A stretch of 64,000 nt of DNA from an uncultured Gammaproteobacteria bacterium. GTDB taxonomy: Bacteria > Pseudomonadota > Gammaproteobacteria > Steroidobacterales > Rariloculaceae. Under the pieces are notes generated by a model, which did no database searches, was not told the DNA's origin, and was given only the letters and a program-made list of their open reading frames with translations. The position numbers and the translations under genes are program-made. The stretch covers positions 45,023 to 109,022 of the forward strand of contig CAYWGQ010000002.1 of assembly GCA_964457725.1 (NCBI GenBank), in the 5' to 3' direction. Of this stretch, positions 55,764 to 64,000 are shown one piece after another. The number at the start of each line of letters is the position of its first letter. Position 1 is the first letter of the stretch.

Positions 55764-55948
55764 CGTCGTGCTCCTCTCGGGGCGGGCGCTCGGGTCGGGC
55801 GGCCTCCGGCGGCCGCGCCTCGAAACGATGTTAGGAGAGCGCCCAGGGGCGTTCAAGGAGGCGAAGCGGGGGTGCACGTACGCGTCTCGGCCGCTGCGCT
55901 GTATGCTCTAGCGTCCCTTTCCGGGCCGCGTTGCTCTGTCGAGGTACG

Positions 55949-56185
55949 ATGCAGGAAGAATCTCTGCGCAAAGAGCTCGCCCGTCTCGAGGCGATGGACC
56001 CGAAGCCGCACATCGGCGTCGGTCTCGTCGACCGCAATCGGGTGCGTCTGCTGAACTGGAAGCTGCTCTCCGATTGCCTGGTCGAGCGCTGGCCGAGCGG
56101 CGGCCCGCGGTACCTGATCCCGCTCGGGCAAATCGTGCTGATCGAGCTTCAGGAAGGCGCCGTCGCCGACGCTACTCCACCCTGA
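55949..56185 (+). CDS. small hypothetical protein (78 aa)
   Basis: The third codon position is predominantly G/C (read codon by codon). The ATG follows GAGG. Its 3' end overlaps the convergent hsp20 gene by 14 nt. No recognisable motif. Confidence 0.35.
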   Translation: MQEESLRKELARLEAMDPKPHIGVGLVDRNRVRLLNWKLLSDCLVERWPSGGPRYLIPLGQIVLIELQEGAVADATPP

Positions 56186-56669
56186 TCTTCTGCTTCGCCG
56201 ACGTGCGCACGAGCTTCGGCAGGCGCACGCGCAGGAGCCCGCGCTTGTAGCTCGCGGTCGCGGCGGAATCGTCGACTGCGGCAGGGAGCCGGATGCGCCG
56301 CTCGAAGCGCCCGTAGGCCCGCTCCGTGAGCGAGTACTCGGCGTGGCGCTCGCGCCGCTCGATGCGCTTCTCGCCGCGCACGACGAGCTGATCGCCGACG
56401 ACTTCGATCTCGAAGTCCTGCGATTCCATGCCGGGCACCTCGAGGCAGACTTCGACGGCATCCTCGTCCTCGCGGACCTCGGCCGCAAGGATCGCCCACG
56501 GCGAGGAGTCGCGGCGCACGCGCGCCTCGACCGGCGTCTCGTCCGGCGGCGCCGACGGCTGGAACCGGGTGAGGGCGGTGCCCGCACGCTGCCAGAGCTC
56601 GTGCCAACCGGCGGCGACGGATTCCCAGGTGTCGAATAGGCCTCGCTTGATCTGCTCGAACGGGTTCAT
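56172..56669 (-). CDS. Hsp20/alpha-crystallin-family small heat-shock protein
   Basis: ATG at 56669 follows AGAGGAA. The 165 aa product contains VCLEVPGMESQDFEIEVVGDQLVVRGEK...GRFERRIRLP...ASYKRGLLRVRLPK. Confidence 0.85.
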   Translation of the reverse strand: MNPFEQIKRGLFDTWESVAAGWHELWQRAGTALTRFQPSAPPDETPVEARVRRDSSPWAILAAEVREDEDAVEVCLEVPGMESQDFEIEVVGDQLVVRGEKRIERRERHAEYSLTERAYGRFERRIRLPAAVDDSAATASYKRGLLRVRLPKLVRTSAKQKIRVE

Positions 56670-56794
56670 TGCGGTCGTTCCTCTTTCGTTCGAGCTTACC
56701 CCTCCCGGGCCGCATTTCAACGGCGCTTGCCAGGCGGCGCGCGCGCGGGCTAAAAGGTGCATCCCGGCTCGAAGCCGCACGGCCGCAGGCTGCA

Positions 56795-57586
56795 ATGAAG
56801 AAGGGATCGACGATGCGCTGGGCGTTCGCCGGCGCGGCCATCATCGCCGCGGCAGCCCTTGCCGCATGGGCGCAGCGCAGCGTCGGCGGCGGGCCGAAGG
56901 TCTGGGACGTCGCGGTGATCGCCGCCCATCCGCATGACCCAGCCGCATTCACGCAAGGGCTCGTCGTGCACGACGGACGCCTGTACGAGGGCACGGGGCA
57001 GTACGGCGCATCGACCGTGCGCCGGGTGGATCTCGAGACCGGCCGGGTCGAGCAGCAGCGGCGCCTCGCGAGCAATTTCTTCGGCGAGGGCATCACGATC
57101 CTCGGCGATCGGCTCTATCAGCTCACCTGGCAGAATCAGGTCGGCATCGTCTACGACGTCGAGACGTTCGACGTGATCGAGACCTTCACGTACCGCGGAG
57201 AGGGCTGGGGCCTCACGCACGACGGCGAGCTCCTGATCATGAGCGACGGCTCGGCGACGCTGAAGTTTCTCGATCCGAACGGCTTCGCGGTCGTGCGCGA
57301 GATCGCCGTGCGCGACGGCGGCCAGCCCGTCACCCGCCTGAACGAGCTCGAGTACATCGACGGCGAAATCTGGGCCAACGTCTGGTACGAGGACCGGATC
57401 GCCCGGATCTCGCCCGCGGACGGCGCGGTCGTCGGCTGGATCGAGGCAGGCAACCTGTATCCGCAGTCCCGGCGCGGCCGCGACGACGTGCTGAACGGGA
57501 TCGCCTACGACGCGCAGGCGCGCCGGCTCTTCCTGACCGGCAAGAACTGGCCGCAGCTCTTCGAGGTGGAGCTGGTCCGCAGATAG
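56795..57586 (+). CDS. glutaminyl-peptide cyclotransferase (beta-propeller type)
   Basis: 263 aa with a signal peptide. Contains FTQGL, LYEGTGQYG, GEGIT, LYQLTW, GWGLT, NELEYI..IWANVW and NGIAYD. Confidence 0.8.
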   Translation: MKKGSTMRWAFAGAAIIAAAALAAWAQRSVGGGPKVWDVAVIAAHPHDPAAFTQGLVVHDGRLYEGTGQYGASTVRRVDLETGRVEQQRRLASNFFGEGITILGDRLYQLTWQNQVGIVYDVETFDVIETFTYRGEGWGLTHDGELLIMSDGSATLKFLDPNGFAVVREIAVRDGGQPVTRLNELEYIDGEIWANVWYEDRIARISPADGAVVGWIEAGNLYPQSRRGRDDVLNGIAYDAQARRLFLTGKNWPQLFEVELVRR

Positions 57587-57596
57587 CCGCGCCCGC

Positions 57597-58346
57597 TCAC
57601 CGCACGAGCGGCACGAACCTGACCGGCAGCACCTCGGTGCGCACGACTTCGCCGTCCGCCGTCTTCTCGTGCACCTCGAGCGTCTGCGCACCGCGCTGAT
57701 CGCCGACCGGAATCACGAGCCGCCCGCCGGGCGCGAGCTGCTCGATCAGCGGCTGCGGCACGTGCTCGGGCGCGGCCGTCACGACGATCGCATCGAACGG
57801 TGCGTGCTCCGGCCAGCCCGCATAGCCGTCGCCGATCCGCACGTGCACGTTGTCGTAACCGAGCCGCGCGAGCGTCTCGCGGGCCTGCCTGCCGAGCGGC
57901 TCGACGATCTCGATCGTGTAGACCTCGGCCGCGATCTCCGCGAGCACCGCGGCCTGATAGCCGGACCCCGTGCCGACCTCGAGCACCGTCGAGTCGCCGT
58001 CGACACGGGCGAGCGCCGTCATCAGCGCGACGATGTAGGGCTGGGAGATCGTCTGCTCGTAGCCGATCGGCAGCGGCCGGTTCTCGTACGCGAAGTCGCG
58101 CAAATCCGGCGGCACGAACTCGTGGCGCGGCACCTCGCCGATCGCACGAAGCACCTCGCGATCGAGGCGAGTCATCCCCGTGTAGCGCGCGGTCGCGCGG
58201 ACGTCTCGCTCGATCTCGCGGACGAGGCGAGCGCGCTGTTCGGCGAACGTCTGTGCGCCGGCCGGATCGGCGCCGCCGAGGAGTGCTGCGCCGAGTGCGA
58301 GCGCGAACGCGAGCCCCGGGCGCGAAGGTGCGCGTGCGGCGAGCAT
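57597..58346 (-). CDS. pcm: protein-L-isoaspartate O-methyltransferase with N-terminal signal peptide
   Basis: ATG at 58346 gives a 249 aa product. The signal-like N-terminus is LAFALALGAALLGG..AGA. The core contains PRHEFVP, QTISQPYIVALM, VLEVGTGSGYQAAVLA and DAIVVTAA. Confidence 0.85.
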   Translation of the reverse strand: MLAARAPSRPGLAFALALGAALLGGADPAGAQTFAEQRARLVREIERDVRATARYTGMTRLDREVLRAIGEVPRHEFVPPDLRDFAYENRPLPIGYEQTISQPYIVALMTALARVDGDSTVLEVGTGSGYQAAVLAEIAAEVYTIEIVEPLGRQARETLARLGYDNVHVRIGDGYAGWPEHAPFDAIVVTAAPEHVPQPLIEQLAPGGRLVIPVGDQRGAQTLEVHEKTADGEVVRTEVLPVRFVPLVR

Positions 58347-58452
58347 GGGCCCGACTATAGCGCGTCGCTCGGCCGGGCGGTGCTGGCCGGTAGCGGCCGG
58401 TGCGCCTATATTGGAGAGAAGCGCACCGGAACGCGCTCTCGGGACTGCGCGG

Positions 58453-59946
58453 ATGCTCGTAACGCTCCTCTTGGCGCAGCTGGCCGTCGCCCCGGCGATC
58501 GGGTCGGCGTGCGAGGCGCTCGTCGATTTCCAGCTCGAGCGCGCAACGGTCGTGACGGCCGAGACCGTGCCGGCCGGCACGTTCACGCCGCCTCGGCGCT
58601 CGCCGCGCGCCGGGACGCGCGACGCGGGTGCCGCCGATCCACTGCCGGCGCACTGTCGCGTGACGATGCGCCTTCGGCCGACGCCGCGTTCCGATATTTC
58701 CGTCGAGCTCTGGATGCCGCTCGACAACTGGAACGGCAAGTTCCTCGCCGTGGGCAACGGCGGCTGGGCCGGCGAGATCCAGGGCTACGACGACATGCAG
58801 GAGGCGCTCCGGCGCGGCTACGCGACGACCGCGACCGACACGGGCCACTCGGCCGCCGACGGCCCGAACGGACTGTTCGCGCTCGGCGAGCCCGACAAGC
58901 TCGTCGATTTCGCCTACCGAGCGGTGCACGACATGGCGGTCAAGGCGAAGCGGGTGATTCAGGCGTTCTACGGCGGGCCGATCGACTACTCCTATTTCAA
59001 AGGCTGCTCGACCGGCGGCCGGCAGGGCGTCATGGCGGCGCAGCGGTATCCGGGAGATTTCGACGGGATCATCGCGGGCGCACTGGCGAACCGCCACGTG
59101 CGGATGCACACGGCGGCGGTGGCGCTCGCCGTGCGGCTGGCACGGCATCCGGACGAGGCGCTCGACGCGGACGCGGCCGCGCTCGTCAACGATGCGGTGA
59201 TGCGCGAGTGCGATACGCTCGGGGAGGGTTTCCTGAACGACCCTCGGCAATGCGGGCTCGAGCTCGCGACGCTCGCCTGTGGCAACGGGCAGGTGGACGG
59301 CTGCCTCACGGCGGGCGAGCTCCGGACCGTGGAAACGTTCTATTCCGGGCTCCGCACGGCCGACGGCGAGGCGGTCTTCGCTGGCCAAGCGATCAGCGTT
59401 CCGCTCCGCCCGATGCCGAGCAGGGCCGACGGTCCGAGCCCATTCGTGCTCGACACCGTGCGGATCCTGGCGTTTCAGGATCCGGACTACGACTGGCGCG
59501 CGTTCGATCTCGATCGCGACCTGCCGCGGATCGACGCGGCAGCCGGCTTCGTCGACGCGGTCGATCCGGATCTGCGTGCCTTCCAAGCGCACGGCGGGAA
59601 GCTGCTGCTGTACGCCGGCTGGAACGATGCAGCGATCTCACCGAAGAACACGATCGAATACTACGAGAGCGTGCTCGAGGAGATGGGGCCGGATCAGTCG
59701 GACTGGCTCAGGCTGTTCGTGGTGCCCGGCATGGAGCATTGCGGCGGCGGTCCAGGGCCGCACAGCTTCGACGCGATCGCGGCACTCGAGATGTGGCGCG
59801 AGCAGGAGATGAATCCGAACGTGATCGTCGGCCGGAACCCGGAAAGCGGGCTCGCCCGTCCGCTCTGTCCGTACCCGCGGCACGCGCGGTACGACGGTGA
59901 GGGCGACCTCCGCGACGCGTCGAGCTTCACCTGCGCGCCGGAGTGA
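58453..59946 (+). CDS. tannase/feruloyl-esterase-family hydrolase
   Basis: 497 aa. Contains NGKFLAVGNGGWAG and the nucleophile motif GCSTGGRQG. Multiple conserved Cys residues are present, with a C-terminal PGMEHCGGG. Confidence 0.8.
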   Translation: MLVTLLLAQLAVAPAIGSACEALVDFQLERATVVTAETVPAGTFTPPRRSPRAGTRDAGAADPLPAHCRVTMRLRPTPRSDISVELWMPLDNWNGKFLAVGNGGWAGEIQGYDDMQEALRRGYATTATDTGHSAADGPNGLFALGEPDKLVDFAYRAVHDMAVKAKRVIQAFYGGPIDYSYFKGCSTGGRQGVMAAQRYPGDFDGIIAGALANRHVRMHTAAVALAVRLARHPDEALDADAAALVNDAVMRECDTLGEGFLNDPRQCGLELATLACGNGQVDGCLTAGELRTVETFYSGLRTADGEAVFAGQAISVPLRPMPSRADGPSPFVLDTVRILAFQDPDYDWRAFDLDRDLPRIDAAAGFVDAVDPDLRAFQAHGGKLLLYAGWNDAAISPKNTIEYYESVLEEMGPDQSDWLRLFVVPGMEHCGGGPGPHSFDAIAALEMWREQEMNPNVIVGRNPESGLARPLCPYPRHARYDGEGDLRDASSFTCAPE

Positions 59947-59964
59947 GCCGCGCCGCCGCGGACG

Positions 59965-60504
59965 GTGCCCGAGATGAGCCGCTCGACGACGGTATATACG
60001 ATCGGCCACTCGACCCGGCCGATCGAGGATTTCGTCGCGCTCCTGAAGGAGCACGCGATCGAGCTCGTCGCGGACGTCCGGACCGCGCCCGGCTCGCGCC
60101 GCCACCCGCAATTCGGCGCAGAGAGCCTGCGGGCGAGCCTCGCGCGGGAGGGCATCGGCTATCGTCATCTGAGATCGCTCGGGGGCCTGCGGCGGCCCGC
60201 GGCCGAGTCGCCGAACACCGGCTGGCGCAACGCCTCGTTTCGCGGCTACGCGGATTACATGCAGTCAGCGGAATTCGGCGACGCGCTCGAGACGCTGATT
60301 GCGCTCGCCGCGGAGCAGCGCACGGCGGTGATGTGCGCGGAGGCCGTCCCGTGGCGTTGCCACCGCTCGCTGATCGGCGACGCGCTCCTGGTCCGCGGCA
60401 TCGAGGTCGTCGACATCCTCGGCCCGAAGCAAACCAGGCCGCACACGCTCACGCCGTTCGCCGTCGTCGAGGGCACGCACATCACCTATCCGCCGCCCCG
60501 CTGA
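59965..60504 (+). CDS. DUF488-domain protein
   Basis: 179 aa. Contains VYTIGHSTR, LVADVRTAPGSRRHPQF, GIGYRHL..LGG and MCAEAVPWRCHR. Confidence 0.75.
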   Translation: MPEMSRSTTVYTIGHSTRPIEDFVALLKEHAIELVADVRTAPGSRRHPQFGAESLRASLAREGIGYRHLRSLGGLRRPAAESPNTGWRNASFRGYADYMQSAEFGDALETLIALAAEQRTAVMCAEAVPWRCHRSLIGDALLVRGIEVVDILGPKQTRPHTLTPFAVVEGTHITYPPPR

Positions 60505-60571
60505 CGACGGTCGCGAGACTTGTGCTCCGCTGCCCCGGCCCGCAACATTACGGAGCACGGGAACGCCCACG

Positions 60572-61297
60572 ATGCCGACCGCGAAGCAGCACTACGACCA
60601 AGTCCTCGCCGACGTCTACTCGTGGATGCTCGGCGGGTTCGAGAGCGGGGTCGAGCGCAACTTGGCGTTCTTCCGCAAGCATGGGATCGAGCCGCGGGGC
60701 TCGAAGACGGCGTTCGATCTCGGTGCGGGCTGCGGCTTTCAGTCGATTCCGCTCGCGCAGCTCGGCTTCGCCGTGACGGCGGTCGACTTCGATCGCAAGC
60801 TGCTCGCGGAGCTCGTCGCGAACATGGGGGCGCACTGCGTCAGCACGGTCGAGGACGACCTGCTGAACTTCGATCGCTACACCGAAGGCCCGGTCGAGCT
60901 GATCGTCTGCATGACGGACACGCTTCTCCACCTCGAATCTCAGCACGACGTGCGGAAGCTCTTCGGCAAGGTATTCGGGGCGCTCGAGCCGGGCGGGCGG
61001 TTCGTCGTGACGTTTCGCGATCTGTCGCAGGAGCTCGTCGACCTCGACCGGTTCATTCCCGTGCGGAGCGACGACACGACGATCTTGACGTGCTTCCTCG
61101 AGTACGAGCCGCGCACCGTCAAGGTCCACGATCTCGTCTACCGGCGGGAGCAAGAGGGCTGGCGCTTGTCGAAGAGCTACTACCGCAAGCTCAGGTTGTC
61201 GTCGGACTGGGTCGTCGACGAGCTCGCAGCGGCCGGTTTCGAGGACGTCGAGGTCGAGGTCGAGCAGGGCCTCGTCACGATCGTGGCGACGAAGTGA
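60572..61297 (+). CDS. class I SAM-dependent methyltransferase
   Basis: 241 aa. Motif I is AFDLGAGCGFQS, with an acidic loop AVDFD and post-I/II blocks. Confidence 0.75.
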   Translation: MPTAKQHYDQVLADVYSWMLGGFESGVERNLAFFRKHGIEPRGSKTAFDLGAGCGFQSIPLAQLGFAVTAVDFDRKLLAELVANMGAHCVSTVEDDLLNFDRYTEGPVELIVCMTDTLLHLESQHDVRKLFGKVFGALEPGGRFVVTFRDLSQELVDLDRFIPVRSDDTTILTCFLEYEPRTVKVHDLVYRREQEGWRLSKSYYRKLRLSSDWVVDELAAAGFEDVEVEVEQGLVTIVATK

Positions 61298-62097
61298 TGC
61301 GCGGCGGACACGGACGGCGCGCGGCGCCGCGCAGTCGATGCGGCGGGCGTCTGATCGTCTCTGCGTTCGCCGCAGCGCTCGCCGTCCTCATGCTGCCGGC
61401 CGGCGCGGCGCGCGCCCAGCAGCCGCTGCGGCCGGTCGAGTTCCTCACGTGCCACTACGTCGAGGGCAAGGGCCCGGCCGATCTCGACGGGCTCGAGGCC
61501 GCGTTCAACGACTGGATGCGGACGCAGGAAGCGCCGCCGTACAGCGCCTACGTGCTGACGCCCCGCGCGTACACCCGCGACGTCGACTTCGATTTCGCCT
61601 GGATCGGTGCTTGGCCGAGCGGCGTCGCGATGGGGCAGAGCATGGCGCACTACTTCGCCGAGGGAGCGGCCCTCGCCCCGGTCTTCGACAGCGTGATGCG
61701 CTGCGATTCGAACGTGCAGTTCGCCGTGCTCACGCTGCGGCCGCCCGCAGACAGTGGCCGCTTCGGTCCGCTCGAGGTCGCCGATTGCACGCTGCGGGTC
61801 GGCGCGCGCGTCGATGCGGCGCTCGAGGCGGTCGCCGAGTGGATCGAGTACTTCGTGCGCTCGGGCTCCTCGGCCGGGCACTGGATCCTGTTCCCGGCCT
61901 ACGGCGAGCGCGGCGACGCGGGCTACAGCTTCAAATGGGCCACCGGCCACGAGTCGTACGAGGCGTTCGGGCGTGATTACGACGAGTTCTACAACGGCGG
62001 CGGCGTCGACCGCTTCGCCGAGCTGCTCGATCCGCTGCTGCGCTGCGACACGCCGCGGCTGTACTCGGTGCGACCGATCCGAGTCGAAGCGGAGTGA
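61297..62097 (+). CDS. secreted hypothetical protein
   Basis: ATG at 61297 overlaps the preceding TGA. The 266 aa product has signal peptide ...PAGAARA/QQ. Codon bias is G/C-ending. No motif recognised. Confidence 0.5.
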   Translation: MRGGHGRRAAPRSRCGGRLIVSAFAAALAVLMLPAGAARAQQPLRPVEFLTCHYVEGKGPADLDGLEAAFNDWMRTQEAPPYSAYVLTPRAYTRDVDFDFAWIGAWPSGVAMGQSMAHYFAEGAALAPVFDSVMRCDSNVQFAVLTLRPPADSGRFGPLEVADCTLRVGARVDAALEAVAEWIEYFVRSGSSAGHWILFPAYGERGDAGYSFKWATGHESYEAFGRDYDEFYNGGGVDRFAELLDPLLRCDTPRLYSVRPIRVEAE

Positions 62098-62211
62098 CGC
62101 CCCGGGCCCGGCTTGACCCCGCTCGCGCCCGAAGCCCATGATTCGACTGAAGCTCGCGGCTCGAGCCCATCCCGGTCGGCGCGCCGCGCGGCAAAGGGGA
62201 GGCACATCGTC

Positions 62212-63279
62212 ATGATCCGTCGTCTCGTCGGCACGCTCGCCGTATTGCTCCTTTCCCAAACCGTTCTCGCGCAGGGTTCCGCAGTCGCGGTGACCGAGGC
62301 GATGGTGCGGGCCGCGGAGGGCCTGCTCGCGACGGTCGATGGCGGCCGCGACGGTACCGAGCAGATGCTCGGTATCGACCGAGCCGGCATGCTCAGCCTG
62401 CCGTTCGCCAGCGACCAGCGCGAAAACTGGCAGTTCTGGCCGGCCGCGCGGGTCGGGCTGCCGCTCGAGCAAATGACGGCGGCACAGCGCAAGCTCGTGC
62501 ACGAGCTTCTGACCGCGACACTGAGCGCGAAGGGCTATCTGAAGGCCGTGCACATCATGCAGCTCGAGCAGATCCTCGACGTGCTCGACGAGGGCGGGCT
62601 GCCGCGCAGCGTCGACCACTACGTGCTGATCCTGTTCGGCGAGCCGTCGACCGCGGCGACCTGGGGCTGGCGGTTCGAGGGCCACCACGTGTCGCTGAAC
62701 GTCACCGTCGAGCCGGGCGCGGTCGGCGTCACGCCGTCGTTCTTCGGCTCGAACCCCGCGGAGGTGCGGAGCGGTCCGCTCGCAGGTTTCCGCGTCCACG
62801 GCGTCGTCGAGGACCTGGCCCGCGAGCTCGTGACGTCGCTCGACGAAGCCGGGCGGCGCACCGCGATCGTCGCGCCGATGGCGCCGAGCGAGATCTTCAC
62901 CGCGAATCTGCGCAAGCCGCGCGACCAGTGGGACGCGTGGCGGACGACGCTCGAGCCCCAGGGCGTGCGCGTCGGCGACCTGAACGAGGTCCAGCAGCAC
63001 TGGGTCAGGCTGATTCTCGACGAGGTCGTCGGGAACTATCGGCCGGAGATCGCCGCCGCGTACATGGCGAGCATCGACGTGCCGTCCCTGCAGTTCGCGT
63101 GGATGGGCTCGACGGAACGCGGCGAGCCGCACTACTTCCGGCTGCAGGGCGCCGACTTCGTCTTCGAGTACGACAACGTGCAGAACGACGGCAACCACGT
63201 GCACTCGGTGTGGCGCGACCCGCGCAGCGACTTCGCCGCGGGCGCGCTCGAGCGCCACTACCAGACGTCGCATCGCTAG
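62212..63279 (+). CDS. DUF3500-domain protein (secreted)
   Basis: ATG at 62212 follows AAGGGGAGG. The 355 aa product contains RENWQFWP, WGWRFEGHHVSLN, FFGSNPAEV and NHVHSVWRDP. Confidence 0.7.
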   Translation: MIRRLVGTLAVLLLSQTVLAQGSAVAVTEAMVRAAEGLLATVDGGRDGTEQMLGIDRAGMLSLPFASDQRENWQFWPAARVGLPLEQMTAAQRKLVHELLTATLSAKGYLKAVHIMQLEQILDVLDEGGLPRSVDHYVLILFGEPSTAATWGWRFEGHHVSLNVTVEPGAVGVTPSFFGSNPAEVRSGPLAGFRVHGVVEDLARELVTSLDEAGRRTAIVAPMAPSEIFTANLRKPRDQWDAWRTTLEPQGVRVGDLNEVQQHWVRLILDEVVGNYRPEIAAAYMASIDVPSLQFAWMGSTERGEPHYFRLQGADFVFEYDNVQNDGNHVHSVWRDPRSDFAAGALERHYQTSHR

Positions 63280-63291
63280 GGGAGCTCGCTC

Positions 63292-64000
63292 GTGGCTGCG
63301 CTCGGTTGGCTCGCAGCCGCCGCCCTGGTCGTCGCGCAAGGCCAGGCCGTGGAGCTCGCGTTCCCGCACGAGCCCGGGCTCGCCGGGGTCGAGGCGCGCT
63401 GGAGCGGCCGCGCCGTACCGTTCGTCCGCCAGGGAGAGCGCTGGGTGACGGTGCTCGGCGTCGACCTCGACGCGGCGGCGGGCGAGCACGTCGCGGAGGT
63501 CACGTTTCGCTACGACGACGGCCGCTCGCGGACCGCGAAGGAGCCGATCGCGGTGCAGAGCAAGGCGTTTCCGACGACGGAGCTGAAGGTCGAGCCCGGC
63601 TACGTCGAGCTGAGCCCCGAGAACCAGGCTCGGGCCGCCCGCGAGGCGGAGGAGACCGGGAAGATCTACGACACGCTGACACCCGAGATCTACTGGCGAG
63701 AGCCCTTCGCCTCGCCGCTGCCCGGCGTGACCGGCGGGCGCAACTTCGGCCATCGGCGCATCTTCAACGGGCAGCCGCGCGCGCCGCATTCGGGGGCGGA
63801 CCTGCGTGCGGCCGTCGGCACGCCCGTGCTCGCGGCGAATCGCGGCCGCGTCGTGCTCGCGAAAGAGCTGTTCTTCAGCGGCAACGCGGTATTCGTCGAT
63901 CACGGCCTCGGCGTCTACACGACGTATTTGCATCTATCGCGGATCGACGTCGAGCCCGGTCAAATGGTCGAACGGGGCGAGGTCCTCGGGCTCGCCGGAG
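63292..64000 (+). CDS. M23-family metallopeptidase, 3' end outside window
   Basis: This ORF is not in the track because no stop lies in the window. I translated it from GTG 63292 (RBS GGGGAG). It contains HSGADLRAAVGTPVLAA, NAVFVDHGLGVYTTYLHLS and GQMVERGEVLGLAG. Confidence 0.75.
   Translation, partial: MAALGWLAAAALVVAQGQAVELAFPHEPGLAGVEARWSGRAVPFVRQGERWVTVLGVDLDAAAGEHVAEVTFRYDDGRSRTAKEPIAVQSKAFPTTELKVEPGYVELSPENQARAAREAEETGKIYDTLTPEIYWREPFASPLPGVTGGRNFGHRRIFNGQPRAPHSGADLRAAVGTPVLAANRGRVVLAKELFFSGNAVFVDHGLGVYTTYLHLSRIDVEPGQMVERGEVLGLAG

Noticed and set aside
56693-56720. Sigma-32 heat-shock promoter upstream of hsp20
   Set aside because: On the minus strand there is a TTGAAA -35-like hexamer (56720..56715) with TAAGCT 16 nt downstream. 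The CCCCAT-type -10 expected for sigma-32 is absent. At best this is a weak sigma-70-like candidate, too weak to list as a feature.
61180-63933. 917 aa minus-strand ORF
   Set aside because: It is antisense to four well-supported plus-strand genes (secreted protein, DUF3500, M23 peptidase). It is Arg-rich with no motifs.
1-64000. CRISPR arrays, tandem repeats, rRNA/tRNA genes, insertion sequences, integrases, prophage or toxin-antitoxin/defence genes
   Set aside because: I looked through all intergenic gaps, the longest being about 265 nt, and through all ORFs. I saw no direct-repeat arrays, no cloverleaf-sized conserved RNA, and no transposase, integrase, nuclease-helicase or other defence-type domains. 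This is absence by eye only. tRNAscan, Infernal and a defence-system HMM scan would be the proper test.

Overview
This is 64 kb of very GC-rich, gene-dense bacterial chromosome. Nearly all codons in the called genes end in G/C; window-wide GC was not computed. I call 65 protein-coding genes, two of them cut by the window edges. I found no rRNA, tRNA, CRISPR array, transposase, integrase or phage genes. The content looks proteobacterial (TctABC transporter, MetX/MetY, a Gram-negative-type RsbRST stressosome module, a DUF1592/DUF1552 pair), but that taxonomic call is inference only. From left to right the window holds: a polysaccharide-related remnant (FkbM-like methyltransferase, WecG/TagA glycosyltransferase); a flavoprotein plus OsmC; metX-metY plus a CoA-binding protein; a Tat-signal Zn-ADH; DksA-like plus a lipoprotein; tctCBA with two TauD/TfdA dioxygenases and an amine oxidase; a membrane GTPase, coiled-coil and YkgJ cluster; cytochrome c'-like plus an MBL hydrolase; DUF1592, DUF1552 and a secreted ankyrin protein; a GDSL hydrolase; a six-gene translationally coupled stressosome and two-component operon; an ATP-grasp plus HExxH peptidase pair; a fused membrane spermidine-synthase-like protein; YihY; a PQQ dehydrogenase; MltB; an NlpE-like lipoprotein; a Tat-signal AKR and EthD; Hsp20; glutaminyl cyclase; a secreted PIMT; a tannase-like esterase; then DUF488, a methyltransferase, DUF3500 and an M23 peptidase. 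The strongest candidate for something undescribed is a two-part periplasmic module repeated at five loci between 16.3 and 49.1 kb. One part is a small protein whose predicted mature N-terminus is His-His-Ser (DUF6152-like, four copies). The other is a 270-440 aa partner family (six copies) with a shared G.S.G.W.GD.L.V.T core and a conserved Cys pair. The two are always adjacent, are fused into one polypeptide at 16351..17382, and sit next to paralogous MBL-fold hydrolases and oxidative enzymes. A second oddity is a 57-nt in-frame patch (17068..17124) inside the fused gene that is 35% GC and uses codons otherwise almost absent from the window. All family names come from my own reading of the translated ORFs and from memory; no database search was run.
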